The position numbers were made by a program, and so were the translations under genes. The notes under the pieces are model-generated. The model worked only from the letters and a program-made list of their open reading frames with translations. It did no database searches and was not told the DNA's origin. A stretch of DNA of 64,000 nucleotides from Camelus dromedarius. Its lineage: Eukaryota. The DNA lies in contig NC_087437.1 in assembly GCF_036321535.1 (NCBI RefSeq), forward strand, positions 95,358,001-95,422,000, written 5' to 3'. This document shows positions 29,593 to 45,045 of this stretch, piece after piece. How positions within the stretch are numbered: the stretch's first letter is position 1; each line of letters begins with the position of its first letter.

Positions 29593-30409
29593 TAAGCGGA
29601 CTTCCAGAACGGACGTAAGCGCAATACTATGATTCCATAAACCCGTATTAAGTTATTGTTAAACTGCATCACCAAGGGGAGCCACCTGATTCCTAAGGTC
29701 CACAAATATTTGTCTCTGAATAAAACAATACTGACAGGTCAGCAGGACTTAAAAACCTTCCTCAATGTTGCCCCCCAAAAAGGAATTTGTGCCTTGGAAG
29801 CTTCTTTTGGAACTAAGAATTGTGAACCATGAATACACAGACACACACACACACACTCACATATACACATACACACAGTTTACATATTTATACTCACAAA
29901 TAGCTTACATTATATGCATTTAATTTACATATGTGATCATGGATAGGTAAGAATATATATGAGATCACATATAGGTCATAATACATATATGATTTTGTTA
30001 TTTTCAAATACCGGAACTTCTGTTTCACATCTCTGAATTTTCATAAAATAATTATGTGGATTTATACAAACAGCTCCAGTATCCTAAAAACTGTTTGTGC
30101 TGAGATATTATCACATTTTGCCAAAAACTGTAGAAATTTAGACTTTATTGAATTGTCTCTCACAAAGATTTCATAAGTATAAAGAACCCGCATGACAGCA
30201 ATTAGAGAGTGAGTGTGCTTCCTCCTCACTCCAGATTCTGGAGAACTGGACACGGCACCTCCCAACAAAACAAAATAGAGGCTTCACTAGTGTGAAAGGA
30301 GGAGAACTCATTTGACATGGAGAATTAGCACACAAAATACAGAATCTACTTGAACATACAGTCTTTTTAATGACTATTGTAGAAATAAAGACATTGTATT
30401 TCATTCTCC

Positions 30410-30440
<31 letters not shown>

Positions 30441-30496
30441 AGTTTTACAGTTACAACTATACCAGGAAACAAAGTCCCTGAACTTTTATTTTCCAA

Positions 30497-31114
30497 TCAC
30501 TGAACTAGCAAATACTGAGCCATCGCCCCTAGGACAGAGGCAGGGTTAGGTTCCTGCAAGCCTCTGGTTACATTTTTGTCAGCTGATCCATACATAACCT
30601 TGTTTTATGTATGTTTTTGTTTAAAGACACCTTATTTAATATGTATTGTTGATTCATTCACACCGAACTCACAGCCAGCAGCACTGGGAGTCATTCCTGA
30701 ACAAAGCTTATCTAATACACATATTTTCTCCATTAAGTCACATCACAGCCTTTTTGCCCTTAGGAACACTAGACTGCCCTAAAGCACCACACTTGGGGGT
30801 CATTTTAAACAGGGGACTCACCAGCGTAAAGCAAAAGGGAGAATGAGAGAGAGAACGCATGGCACTATATAGACCATGCAAAGGATGCTCTTTTACAGTC
30901 TGAGAGCTGAAACAAGCAAGGCCGAGTGTCGTCTTGTTTGACCGCAGCCAGGAATGGGTGCATCAGGTGACTCACATTTTTGGCTTCTCTGCATGTGTCT
31001 ATGAATGGCCAAAAAAGTGCTACAGGTATTCACTTTGGGTCACAATTTTATTTTTTTTTTTAGCATGTAAGTGAATTTGCAAATATGGAATGTGCAAGTA
31101 ATCAGGATTGACTG
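30497..31114 (-). mobile_element. MER82-like TcMar-Tigger element
   Basis: agggttaggttcctgcaagcctctgg...aaagacaccttatttaat...gaatttgcaaatatggaa...gattgactg. Confidence 0.75.
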
Positions 31115-32535
31115 TATTTTTAAATATTCATTTTCTAGGCTATATTAATAACACTTATTGCTATTTTAGTCCACCAAGAAAAGGAATAAAATAAAATAAG
31201 TGGATATATTTTAACAAAACCAATAAGGGATGCAACTGTGCCCCAAAGGGAAAAACCGATTCTAACTGGGAAGAATGAAGGTTTCCTCATCTGATGCTTT
31301 TGTTCTTGATCTTGACAAATGAGAAGGTTCTCAACCAAGAGGAGGGGTTTTATGGACATTGAGACCACAGAGAGATGTGGGCTCCTAGAGAACTAACATG
31401 GATCACATGGGAGGGAGGGAGAGGAAGCTGAGAAGGCAGGTGAGAGCCAGATTATACAGATAATTGAATGCCTTGTTTAGGTACCTGTATTTTATTCTCT
31501 GGGCAATTCAAGAGACTTTTATTACTTTAAAGCAAGGGAATAATGAGAGACTGATGCATATTATAGTAAAGTAATTTTAGAAGCAATATGAGGATGGAGA
31601 AAAAGGAATAGATTCTAGAGATATTTTAGAAATAGAATAGAAATGAACTGGGGAAGAATTTGAAGTAGGAGAGAGAGAGGAATGTCAAGATGCCTACAAG
31701 ACACATAGGAAACACAGGGGAAAGTGTCAAAGAGGAGGAAGATGTTGGGATTAGTACAGTGAAAGAAGATACAAAGGAATCACCTTATAGGTGAGCATCA
31801 GCTTTCCTGAGGTCTGGTAAACAGGGCAAGTAGTGGAGAGTGAACAAGAGAGGGGGTGACGTGAACACAATTTATATAATGCATTAAGTTACTGCCATTA
31901 TGATTAATAACCATATGCCCTGAGGGAGGAGAAAAGGGAAAGGAATGAATATTCCCCAAATCCTTTTAGAGCTTCCACACAGCTCTAGCAGAGGAGTAAA
32001 GGGAGCATTTTATTGTTTATTGATCATTTTACTTACTGCATTTTTCATTCACCATCCTAAATGCAAGCCAACAATATACTTCATTTTGTGCTCAACTGAA
32101 GAAATAGTGATATTATAATTTCAGAGGAAAAGTGGGTTGTGTTGGACTAATAGTTGATCTTCAATATTTCCGCCTCTGAAAGGATTTTGAAGAGTAATTT
32201 TTCTCAGAGTTTCACATATCATCTTTGGATCTTTGAGTCATCCTTTAGAGATCACATTGAATTGGAGAGAGAGACTGTATCAGTCACACTTGGGGAGTAC
32301 TAAATTAAACTATGTTAAATAGATTTATTTATTGCATGATTTCTCAGAGCCTATAACATGCCAATTTAAGTATAATCTCTCAGAGGAAAAAAAATGTTAT
32401 ATATAGCAATTCACAAACTTTTGTGGCAGTGAACTATTTTTTTAATGATATCTTCTTAACGTGGCTAGAACACTGCACGAATAGTTTCTTTGAGTAACTT
32501 GAAGTAAATCTAAGTGTCCTTTTAATTTGTTTTAG

Positions 32536-32784
32536 CTATGACCAAGAAATGCCATGTCCTGTGCCACCAGCAAGGATGTATCTGCAACAAGGTGAACTAG
32601 AAGAGGAGGAAGAGGAACGAGGCCCCACTCCCCCTGTGCGGGGAGCAGCGTCTTCTCCAGCTGCCGTGTCTTACAGCCATCAGTCCACTGCCACTCTGAC
32701 CCCCTCTCCCCAGGAAGAGCTCCAGCCTATGTTACAGGATTGCCCAGAGGAGATCGGCCACATGCAGCACCAGCCTGACAGGAG
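32536..32784 (+). CDS. ROBO1: ROBO1 coding exon ([17 protein letters not shown]...QPDRR)
   Basis: ORF 32549-32812; ttttag acceptor, GAG|gtacat donor. Confidence 0.96.
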
Positions 32785-35700
32785 GTACATTGGCACTGGC
32801 CTTTTTTACTGACAAATCAGATAATTTCCACTCCTAAGTGGCATTTATAAAATGCTATTACATGGAGCAATTTTCTGGTCACATGAGGCTTTTTTCCAGT
32901 ATCATCACACGGTAAGCCCTGGTAATTATCATATCAAGTAATATTGTTGATCAGAACATTAGATTAATTGATCCCAGTGAACTTGCAACCATAAAATAAT
33001 GTGCCTTAATACTCACCCACTTATGATAATTGCATTCAGAAACACACAGAGATCATTTAGTAAATATATGGGTTTCAAATCTTGTAAGATTTTATTGATG
33101 ACGATTGGTTTTGCATTTTAGTTTTCCTTCTGTGGTTATATCACTTCTTTGGTCTGTGGAAAACAGATTTTTTATCCTGTCTTTTAAAATTAAGTCTGCG
33201 AAATGATTTGTGCTTTCACAGCTATGATGTTACAGAAGAATGAATTCGGTATATTCATTTTGTGTTGACCTCAGGTGCCTTTGTTTTGGTTGAGATGTTA
33301 GGTTGCAGTCCTTTTGTCCAAGCTACTAAATAGCGTGTGTTTGTGTGTTTGTGTGTGAATATGTGTTTATGTCTTAGACTTTTTTAACCTATATATTCAG
33401 CATTGCCAACCAGCCAGTACTCTTTTGTTATGCACACATCGTTCACTTGTCACTTCTACAACATAAAAGCTATTACTGCATCGTGTTAGCACTTCTTTCT
33501 TTGTTGATGATTTTGTTTGTAACTATTTTATTGCCCTTGACACATTTTATATATATATGTTATATATATATAACTTTCTGTATTCCTAATATCATTTGAA
33601 ACTGAGAATATTATTAGCCTCAGAAGATCTCCCTTCAATATTCTTGAATGAATAACAAATTCCAGTTTATGCTGCTTGAATTCTGTAGATTGAAATAGAA
33701 TTTTCAATGTTTATTAACTATTCTCTAAATTTAACTTATACTATCTAAAATGAAGGAAGCAGTTAAATTTTCTTCTGTGTGGCAACGAGGAAGTTGGATT
33801 GCCAGATGTTTAAATTTAATATTATTAACCCGTGGAACTCCATGAAGACAGAACAAATAAGGCATCTCTTTTCCCTATTAGGGTCACAATCATCCCTGTC
33901 CCTCTTATTTGGAGAAAATGAGACAGTAATAGAGGCTTTTCGCTCTGAAATACGTCAGCATTCTTTCTTTCATTCTTTTAAATTACCTATTTCCTCGCCA
34001 TCCTCCTCTGTGTTGCAAGTGATACCCAGTATCTTCTTCCTGGCGAGCTCTTATTTTGAGTTCCTTATGTCATCCTCTTCACCTCCCTTGAAAACAATCA
34101 AAAATCAGCTTATCTATCTTGACTTTTCATCCTCATTCTCTTCATTCGATCCTTTCTCTTCCGCGTTAAGCCTCCTGCTTTTCCAGCTTTCCCTGGTCTC
34201 CCCTCTGTTTATCTTGCTCTTTTTCTCTCCTGCTCCTTAGGAGTGTTGGACCACTTCTGCCTTCCCGATTCTTGTTCACACCTCAGCCCACTGCATTCCG
34301 GCTTATACCATTTTGCTTCCATCAGGAAAGTAACCCCCTAATGGTCAATCTCCGTTTTCTCCGTCTTTATCATGCTGAAGCTTTCTGCAGTGATGACAGT
34401 TTTCTGATTTCTCGGGAGAATTAAATGAGATCATGCATAGAAAGTATCTAAAGCAGGGTAAGTATTCAACAAATAATAGCTTCCGACGTCATGTCCTCGC
34501 CCTTAATGCTACCACCCTTACACGTGGTCCAGCTATTACTGATACTGTGATGGCTTTCGGATTGATTTGGCCACCCCACCCCTTTTCTGGAGCACCACTG
34601 TGATATTTTCTCTTGGATATCTCAGACTACACGTGTCCAAAATCAAATTCGCTTTTGCACTTGACCTTTCAGGCTTGCTCCTTTTCCTCCTTTGTTGGCT
34701 GTTGGCTATCTTGTTTAGAATTACTGTTATTTATTTGACCAACATATTAAAAATAAAGCAGGCAAAAATTGCAAAAAATATTTTTGTGATTTTCAGAATC
34801 AGCTGTATTATCTTATTGTTTAATTTCTTCTGTTACCTTCCTACTATTCTCCAAACTCAATTATTCACCAAGTCCTTTCATTTCTAACTCCAAAATATCT
34901 CTTGATTTTGTTCATCTGTTTCCACTCCTAGAGCCCCTAGGGAGGACCCTCAGTCCCTATCCCTTGAAATACTGCCATATCCTTGAACTGATCACTACTT
35001 TTGTTCTCTCTCCCCTCTTCTGTGCACTCTCCACATGATCTTTCTTTACACACAAGTCTGGTAATGTTACTCCTCATTCAGAGTCAGGTCTTACTTTTTA
35101 GTCCAGTATTCAAAGTCTTCTACAATCCTTTTTCCTTTTCTTACCTCTTCCTTCCCCACCCCACCCCCACACACCCACTTTTCTAATTAGTCTGTTTGAA
35201 ATTCCCTGAATGTATCTTAAACTCACCAACATCCAGTTGGCAGTGCCACTTTCCGGTCCACAGAGGGCTGCTCAGAGTAACAGGAGGGACAGGCCCCTCT
35301 TGCCTCTCAGGGCTGTCACCAGAATCCTTAGTGTCCTCACTCAGCACACGCTGTTCCTTTGATTGCCTGGCAAGCACTTCTCATCTTTCCAAGCCCTGTT
35401 CAAGTGCACCACCTGTGCAAGTTTCCTCCTGTCGCCTGGCAAAATCAACAAATCTTTCTCCTTAATCCTCACAATGGTCTGCTCACAGCTCTGCTACCAC
35501 ACAAATCAGGTTTTCTTGTTGCATTAGCCTTGGCTATTTGTATCTCTGTTTCCCTATTTAAATTAAAAGCTCTTTGAGCACATAGCTCATATCTTATTTA
35601 TGTCATTGAGTTTCACAAAGCTTTCTTCAGTAAGTATCTGATGAATGGGATCTGATCTTGGAGGAGAATTTGGAGTTGACTTACCCTCTGCTGTTTTAGG

Positions 35701-36299
35701 GGGGGTGCAATCAAAGTGAACACTTGTAATTGGGAAACACATTGGATATCCACACTTAAAATCCTCCTTGACTACATTCAGCCTTTTTTTTAAAGGTATG
35801 ATTTTCAGTCTATAAAGGTATTAAGAATTGTATTTCCAGAATTGTTGCTGAAAATAACATTGGGCACTCATGAGAAGTAGATGAAAACCCATTAAACAAA
35901 CAACTATTATTCCTCCTTTATGCTGAGGGTATATTCTACATGTGTACCATAGATATTTTTGAAAATACAGATAGACAAAATGAAAATACAAAAGTGCCAA
36001 TGATATGTGTAGTCAGAAATTGTCACTGTTAAGACCTCAACAAAGATCTTTTCTATCCTTCATCTCTACATGTACTCACATTGCTTTGAATTTGTGATAT
36101 GCCAATATTATTTTATAAGCTATAGTTTTCACTGAACAGGGAATTTTTCCATGCCAAGAACTTTTTATTTAGATAGTCACGTTAAACAGATGTATACTGT
36201 AATTTATTTTAACAGTTACCTAATATTAGGCATTTAAGTATGCATCTACCTTTTTGATGCTATACATAATCCTGTAATTCTCATGTCTACTTAAGTCTT

Positions 36300-37210
36300 T
36301 GAGTCAAGCCTCTTCTCAGACGCTTAACCTATTCAGATGCCTGCCCCATCAGTGATTTCTGTTTCTCATCATCCTGCCACTCCCCTAATGATGCACTCAT
36401 TAAAGATAGCTGTTTCTCTACAGATTTCATTCTAGAGCATCAGACCCTTGTCTTCAAGTACCTGTTCCTGCAGATTTTTACTGCTTGAATATGACTCAGC
36501 ACAATACACATGTCTTCATATATAAAGGCACTTTCCAACTTCTGACAGCCATTTTCTCTTGCCTGTGTTATGGTAATGGCCCATAAGTGGTCTTGTTGCC
36601 TTTAGCCTTGCCCCTTCTTCAATCTAATCTTCTCGCTGCAGACTGTGCAGAGTCATTTTCCTAAAATTCAACACTGAACAAGTCTCTCCACTGCTTAAAA
36701 TCTCTCAATGGCTTCTCATTTCCCTTAGAATAAAGGCAAGATTCCTGAATGCAGCAATCAAGGCCCTTTGTGGTCTGACCCCTGCATGCCTTCCCATCCT
36801 TACCCTTTGGCACTCCCCATCTCACTGTTTGTGTTGCCATCACTCTGAGTTTCTTCCAGTTCCTGGAATGACCACTGCTCTCATCCACCTTGAGGTCTTT
36901 CCACTTGCCATTTCATCTTCCTGGGACACCATTATGCCCTCTCTTTTTTGGAGCTAACACTTAGGTATCCTTTAGATCCAAGAGTAAATGGCAGATATTC
37001 TCCGTAGAATCTTTCCTTCCCGTCTCAGCTCTGAGATAGGAGCCAGTTCTGTGTGTTCCCAGAGCGCCCTGGATATTTTCTGTTATGGAGCTTTGTGACT
37101 ACTGCATTATCACTGCATATTCAGTTAATTGTCTCCTTCACTGGACTATACATCCCTTTAGGCAAGAAACATAGCTATTTTATTCAGCTGAATTGCTAAC
37201 ATAGTGCCTG
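36300..37210 (+). mobile_element. L2 fragment
   Basis: ctgcttaaaatctctcaatggcttctcatt...aggccctttgtggtctgacccctgc...catagtgcctg, typical L2 3' region. Confidence 0.6.
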
Positions 37211-37214
37211 AGTT

Positions 37215-37752
37215 CTTGTTTCTATTGCTACCTAACAGACTATGCTAAAACTTCATCACCTAAAACCATTTTATTTTACTCACACAAGTCAGGAATCCTG
37301 AAAGGATTCACCTGGGCGATGCATCCTCCAATCCACATGGCTTCTTCTGGTCTTTGGGGCCGTGAGATCTACTTCCAAGTTAGTTTCTTCACTCATATGT
37401 CTGATTTCTCAGTGCTCCACATCCTCTCTCTGTCTCCATATGGAGTCTCCTCCTCCAGGGTCTCTCCACTGTATCCCAGTCCTCTCAGAACATGAGGATC
37501 TCAGGGGAGTAGCACGTCTTACATGGCAGCAGCCTTCCAAGAAGTCAGAAGAAGGAAGTTGCCAGGCCAGCTAGGAGCTACAGTCACAACTGGCACATTT
37601 TACAGTCAGAAGAGTCACAGGGTCCACCAGGTTCAGGAATGTAGAGCTAAACTCCCTCTCTTGATGGGGGGATGGTAAGTTCTCATCCCAGAGGCGCATT
37701 TGGGATGGAAGATACTATTATGAGCATCCTTGCAAACTACAGTTTCCCATGT
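37215..37752. mobile_element. MaLR LTR (old MLT1 subfamily) interrupting the L2 tail
   Basis: tctattgctacctaacagac...cttacatggcagc...ggaagttgccaggcc...tcttgatggg; L2 tail catagtgcctg resumes as cctgatacatag after it. Confidence 0.6.
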
Positions 37753-39384
37753 CCTGATACATAGCTAGCTTTATTAAGTATGTGTGCCCTAAAACTGAAC
37801 CCTTCCATGTCTTTAAGTATAAACCATAAACCATTCCCTAAGTTCTTGTTGCTCGTGATTCCTTTAGACTCAGAACGTAGAGTTGACACATAGTAAAAGT
37901 TTAAAGAATGAATACTGTTTTACTTTTATGTTTATTGATTTAGGGCATATATAAACAGTAAGATATGTATTAAGAAGAAATTACTGACCTAAAGCCATTA
38001 TAACATTGCAATTTTAATTAAATAAGTAGTCCATACTTGCATTATTATGGATGCTGCAATTTGGGCATTCTGGTGAGCTTCTGGGATATTCCAGTTCTGT
38101 CCAAAACTAGGTAAACGAGATGACCAACATAATAGGAATCTTTCTTCTCTCTTTTTTCAGGCAGTAGCTACGAAAGCAAATTAAATATATTTACCTATGT
38201 TGTTTTCAACAGTGTCTGGTACCAGTGAGTTTACTGTAGTTGATATTTAGTAAAAAAATCTCTTGAGAAGTAAAGTTCATGTATGGAATTGGAAATTTAC
38301 TGCTATCTTATTAGCAGAGTTGAACTGAATATGATATAGTTGGAAGGAAAAGAAAGAAGGCACAGGAAAATTAAATATCTTGTCTATTTACAAACTGGGT
38401 AATGGTTCATTATATAAAGTATCAAAGCTACACCAGTTTTAGGAAAAAAAATCTCAGAGGTATGCATTTTCCCCCTTTCATCTTTTGCCTGGTAAATGAT
38501 ATGTAGTGAACTATATAAACACCAGCTCTCATAAATTAATGGCATTGTTCCCGTCTTCTGTGGAACATGTTTATGAAGGCATCATTTTTGCAGGAGCCTA
38601 GAGTGTTGTGATTCGCAGTCATATACTTGTACATTATTTCAGAAGACATTGAAACCCCTCAGGGGGAAAAATTGAGGGGGTTGAGGTTCATTTGTGGCAA
38701 GTCCCACTTGAGTGCAGCATCTTGAAATAGCTTTTTGTTTTCAAATAGAATATATTACATATTTCAAACTGTACATGTTTATCACATGTATCCCTGGGCT
38801 TGCCTTATTTACAGATGGTTTGAATAAATTTTTCTGTCTTTCCCCATCACTTGCACAGGGCGATGGTAGTTAAAAGCCAGCCCTCATTTAAGATGTTTTT
38901 GCTCCATAGAATGTGAATTATCTGAATACAACAATGACGGCATCCTTTCATTGTGAAGTTGGCTGTTCTGCATCCATTTATTGATGGTCCAAATAGTCTC
39001 TTTTGTCCTAAAAAGTCTTACATGTCTTTAAAAAAGAAGTTGCTTGTGGTATTTTGAATGTGCATGCTGACAAAGACTGTAAATTGACTTTTAAGGATGG
39101 TATTTTATTGCAATCCAAATTAAACAAAGGTTTCCCTCCTATGTGTATAACACAGTCCACATTGAACAATTATCCATTTTAATCCCTTAAATAACTTCAG
39201 CTTTGGCACATTCTTCATATTTATCCTAGTGCCACACACAGATGTGTTAGAAACCACCCAAGAAATGAAAAATAACACATTATACTGAAGAACTCTGTGT
39301 GTGTATGTATGCATATTATATATATGTACATATATATATGTATGTATTCATGTATATATGTGTGTAATAATACCATTCCTAGAG

Positions 39385-39600
39385 GAAAAGCCATGACCTT
39401 GGAAATAGAATGTGGGATTAAATTCTAAATTTGATACATACTAGTTGTGGGAACTTTGGCAAGGTCCTTAATTCCTCTGAATTTCAATATCCTCATATGT
39501 TAAAATGATAATAAAATAAGTACCTTGGAAATTGTGGTGAGAATTAAATGACTTAACATTGTAAAATACTTAGCTACAAAGTAAGTGCTCAATAGATTAG
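39385..39600 (+). mobile_element. MIR SINE
   Basis: ggcaaggtccttaattcctctgaatttcaatatcctcatatgttaaaatg...gagaattaaatga...aagtgctcaata. Confidence 0.7.
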
Positions 39601-41477
39601 ATAATTGTAGTATTTTTTAATAGTCATTCATTTGTAATGCTTTCCATTTGTGTTAATAAAACATGTTTATTGAAGTGTCTCAATTCATTGGGATAAAAAG
39701 CACAAAACTTTTTTCCTTGAACAAGTGTCTTACCACCCTAAAAACAGTGCTATAATGAATGTCTATTTCCCTCGCTATGGTAGGTCCCTAAGTTAAATAA
39801 TGACCAGATCTTATCTGGTTTTGTTTGTATGCTTTCTTTTAATTTAAGACCCAGTCCTGTTAATTTGAAAACTATAATCATGCATTTCAAGATTTTTTTG
39901 CAAATTGCATGTGTCTGTGGCCATGGTGTCATAGAGTAAGGGGGTGTTATTTTTAACTTCCTTCCTCCCTCTCTCCAGTGCATTCTCCTAAGTGCCAAGG
40001 TGAGGAAGAGGGAACATAAAAAGGGCAAAGTAAATGAGGATCTTCTCCTTGGCAGCCCTAGTGATTATTCTATCTTGTCTTCTATCATGAGAATGGTGAG
40101 GGATGGAGACTGTCACCAACTTACTCCACTGACTAAGAACTCCATCCTGGAAGCATTTATAGGCATTTGTAATCCTTGACCAATTTAGCCACATCATCAG
40201 GTGAACCACCAGTCTGTGGCATCATGGCATATTTCTCCTAATCTCCCAGCCATAGAAGTCACCAGATGACTCTAGATCCTAATCTCGCCTACCCTCCACC
40301 ACTAGTGCCTATGTTGACAGGCTTGTGTGTGATCTATCCTCTTTACCTCTCAGGAGCACAGAATTTGATGAGGTGTTGTCATGACCCCTCCAAATGATAT
40401 TCCCCTTATATTATCTTTTTGACCTTGTATAGAGAGCACTGAGACCGTTGAGCAAGTCACTAAGTGGTCCTCCAACTCGAAATCACTATATCTGTTCCCT
40501 TTTTTCAGGCACTTTCCTAATTTAGGAGTTAATCTCAGCATCCCCCTCCCTTGGGAATAGCTTCTTTCCACAAACCTTGCTTTCCACTAATGTCCAAACA
40601 CTCTCTGCCTTCTCAGTCATCTTATATGCACTGTGCATGACGGTGTTGGAGGTTAGGAGAAGGGCTGCTTTTAACTGATGTTCTCCAGATCTGTGGAAAG
40701 ATGGTTGAAACCAGTTACTGGTAACTCTGTGAACTTAAATTATAGGATACTGCCTTATTTTGTCCTCAGCTTTGACCTTTAATTTCCAGAGCATCAAGAA
40801 AAATACCTTTAAGCATTTTGTTAAACAGATAGGTGGAATAATGGTAAAAGTGATAGCCTTGAAAATAGCTAATAACCTTTGTGAGTGAGTAATTTGGAGA
40901 AAAGTTGCTCTTAGCTCTTAGCCTTTTTTTAATGGAAGAAAATCTAAAGGAAATTGAGTCATATGCTCAATGTATAATTTTTTAATCCCATAAACTACTT
41001 TCTATGATCAAAATGAACGAGTCCATTTGCTTGCAGTGGTAGGAGTGGCAAGGAAGGGAAAGGGAAAAGAATGTTTATACATTTATGGAGCAACCTGTTT
41101 CAGTACTGATGTCTGCTGTCTTTGGTAATAATAAGCTGTCAGGAATGTTCCATATGCTTTAAGACATAGGTGTCAGTGTCAAATTATGTGTTACTAACCC
41201 CTTTTTAACTGAATATAATCCAAAAGATAAAGCATAAGGAGACTTATGGATAGGTGAGTACAATTCTGTTAAACTTGAATCCCATGGTAGCCCAGCTTGC
41301 TTAAAAGTACCTCTGGTTTTAAGGTGAATTTCTTACAACTCAAAAATAAAATAAGACTTAGACATGTTCTGATTTCCTGTTGTTTTTCCTGAACAGATTA
41401 GCCCCATGGAAGCCAAGTTGGTGTAGCTGTGAATTTCTTGGTTAACTTACTTTTCTGTGTCTTAAATACTAAGCTAA

Positions 41478-42092
<615 letters not shown>

Positions 42093-44892
42093 TAACAAGG
42101 CTTTTTAGAATCTTTTATTTTTATTTACTTATTTATTTTTAATGAATTCTATATAACGTGAATGAAGCTACCTGAAAAGTCTTCATTTTTAAGATAGTCA
42201 TAGCAAATATATACACAATTTCTTTAGGAACGTGTGTAGTCAATGAAATTTGTGTTACAGGTTTTTTCCCTTAAACTATTAAAAGTCACCAAAGTAAAAG
42301 TCATTGAGGTAGTTCTCACATCCCATTTAGTTAGAAATTGTCTAGGAGAAATAGATATACATCCAAGGGGCACACTCAACCATTGGAAACTGGGCTGTTT
42401 CTCCTTAACCCCTATTCTCTTCATGCCCCCTCCATTAGAATACTAATATAATTGGACAGATATAAAGATGTTTGTAATACACACACATTTTCAACCATAA
42501 ATATGTTCCACACTTAAAGTAAACATTGCTAATCTAATAATTTGGAGAGCAGATTAATCCAGATGTTAATTTTTTTTCTATTTTCCCTTTTCATTACCAG
42601 TAACCTTTTTTAATTACTATATATCCATTCTTATGTTTTAACACATATTTACTTATCTCCTACTCCCTACTCTGTTTAGAAAAATAGTATGAAGAAGAAA
42701 AAATTTAAATTTAAATTATATATTTATCACATGATTTTCATTTCTGTAGAATGGAACATACACATATATACATTCATATACATGTTAGGTGTGTATGTAT
42801 TTCTGGTAACCAAGAAAATACAAATAGAATAAAATAATGTGATCAACAAGAAAGAGCAAATCTCTGAGACAGAAAAGACTCACAACAAATCAGTAATTGC
42901 TATTGTTATTGTTTTTTAGTTTAATAACAAACATATTGGTAGTTTTCCAAGTTCTTTTCACATATTGGATTGGTCATTATTACTTAAAAATGTAGAATAT
43001 ATTCAGAGAAATATATTCACATTGTAAAGTTTTTTTATATATATTATTTATCAAGAATGTGTTGTAGGAAAAAATGTCTATTATCTCTTAACCTATTATT
43101 ATAGAATGTATATTTATTTCAGCCAGGGCTATATTTTATGATATTCAACTTTCTTTTTTTTCCCCTAGTGGCTACTGAATATAATAAAATAAGTATGCAA
43201 ATCTCTTTCCTAATAAATAAATAACATCTAATGACTTTATATATAGCTTTTGTTTCTCCTTATTTTTTAATCTTCTGTAAAAAAATAAGTGAAATTAAGC
43301 ATCTCAAACTACTGCTTTCAGATTGCATTAAGGGTGTGTTTCAGTTCATTAAATCAACGAGACAGAGAAATAATGTTGAAAATTCATCTGTAAACGACCT
43401 TCTGCCTCAGGGCCTATGAGCAGTAGATGGCCTTACACAATAGAACGAGTAATGGGTTCAGTCTCAGCTCTAATTCTCTCTTTTCATGGATATGTAACTT
43501 TAATTGTAATAGTCTCCATCATAGCTAAAGAGAGTTTGGTTTAATATTTTATTGTATTGTAGTTTCGTGGTTCTTCTGGTTTTCATTTGGCTTATAATTA
43601 TAATGCACTAAACATGCATTGGACTCTGCCTATTAAAATGTTCTTTTCAGGAAAAGGTGCTGCTTATCATATGAAGTTAATATGAATGAATAATCCAACC
43701 ACATTGCTTCTCACTTGGATGCATTAATGTCTGTTATTTAATATGCTTCTGTTAGCATATTTAAATGTGTTGACTTTATATGTGGCTTTTCCTGTTTGTA
43801 GCTAAAACAAACCTTGTCTAGTTCTCTCTGAAGTTTCTTGTATGACGGAAAGTTCTGGATTTGTATGTCTGGAATTTCAAGAAACCGAAATGACAAAGGT
43901 CAAGTAGAGGGCCAGTAATTTAATCCATAATGGCAACGGACATCTCCATTGCCATTTTGGATTAAATATTTTGTGCCACTGTAATACAGTGTCTCTGTGA
44001 GGAAGCCAGAGATTTGAGAGCACCGCAGTGCGCTGAGTCTGATTGACACATTCATTTATTGCCTGTGAATACTGTCCCTCCAAAACCAAATAACCAGAAA
44101 GCACCTCTCCCATCACCAAAAAATACAGAACTCTCTGGAGGGGTCACTTTAAATATCCAGAACCAGCAAGTAACTATCTGGTAATAGAAAAGGCGTATAG
44201 GTAGTTTTTGGCATGTCTGCATATGTGAACCAGCTTAATTTCAGGCCACCTTAAGAGGAAATACCTGATGATGTGTTAAGATGTTAGGAGTCTTTCTTCA
44301 AAGACTAGCACAAACATGTACTTAATTAAAAATAAAGAATGTCTTTCGTACTGTTCATTCTGAGAACATGAATTTCTTAAGGACTCTGGCTATTCCTCTT
44401 GAGGAAGCAAAAAAGACATTGGATGTACTCTGCAAAAATTTAATTAGTATTTCAGTTTAACAATAGCACTTTAGTGAAGCTAGCTGCAAAAATAATCAGA
44501 ATGTTTCTCTTTAATAAATATCAAGAACTTTAACAGAATAAAAATACTATGATTTAAAAAAAAAGATCCTAAAAATGCTTTTAGTGTGTTTTTTCCAGTG
44601 GACAGCTCAAGCAGAGTAACAAAAATCCTGCTATGTGCTAGAATAGTTTACTTAAGCCTTTTTTAAAATAAAAATTAGTACATATATAAACTAAAAAAAA
44701 TGTGCAGTATACTGCATATTTGTATTTGCATGCAATATAATTTGTATGTAGAGTCGAACTGTAATAATTCTACCTAAAAAAACTGAAAAAAAAATAAAAG
44801 TTAAGGATGTTTCTAGTTTTAATGTTTTATTTTTATTATTACTGTTAAATTAAAATGCATTGGTGAGCTTGGCTCTGATTTTGTTTCCTTAG

Positions 44893-45045
44893 GCCGCCGA
44901 CATTTCCCTACATCTCAGTGCCCTAGACCCACAAGTCCCGTCTCTACAGACAGCAACATGAGCGCTGCTGTAGTTCAGAAGGCCAGACCAGCCAAGAAAC
45001 AAAAACACCAGCCAGGACATCTGCGCAGAGAAGCCTACACAGATG
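44893..45045 (+). CDS. ROBO1: ROBO1 coding exon ([24 protein letters not shown]...EAYTD)
   Basis: ccttag acceptor, ATG|gtaagt donor; 153 nt symmetric. Confidence 0.96.

Noticed and set aside
33779..34887. 153-aa and 106-aa plus-strand ORFs rich in S/F/L
   Set aside because: Translation of pyrimidine-rich, probably L2-derived sequence; no exon is needed here because ROBO1 splices in frame 32784^41507.
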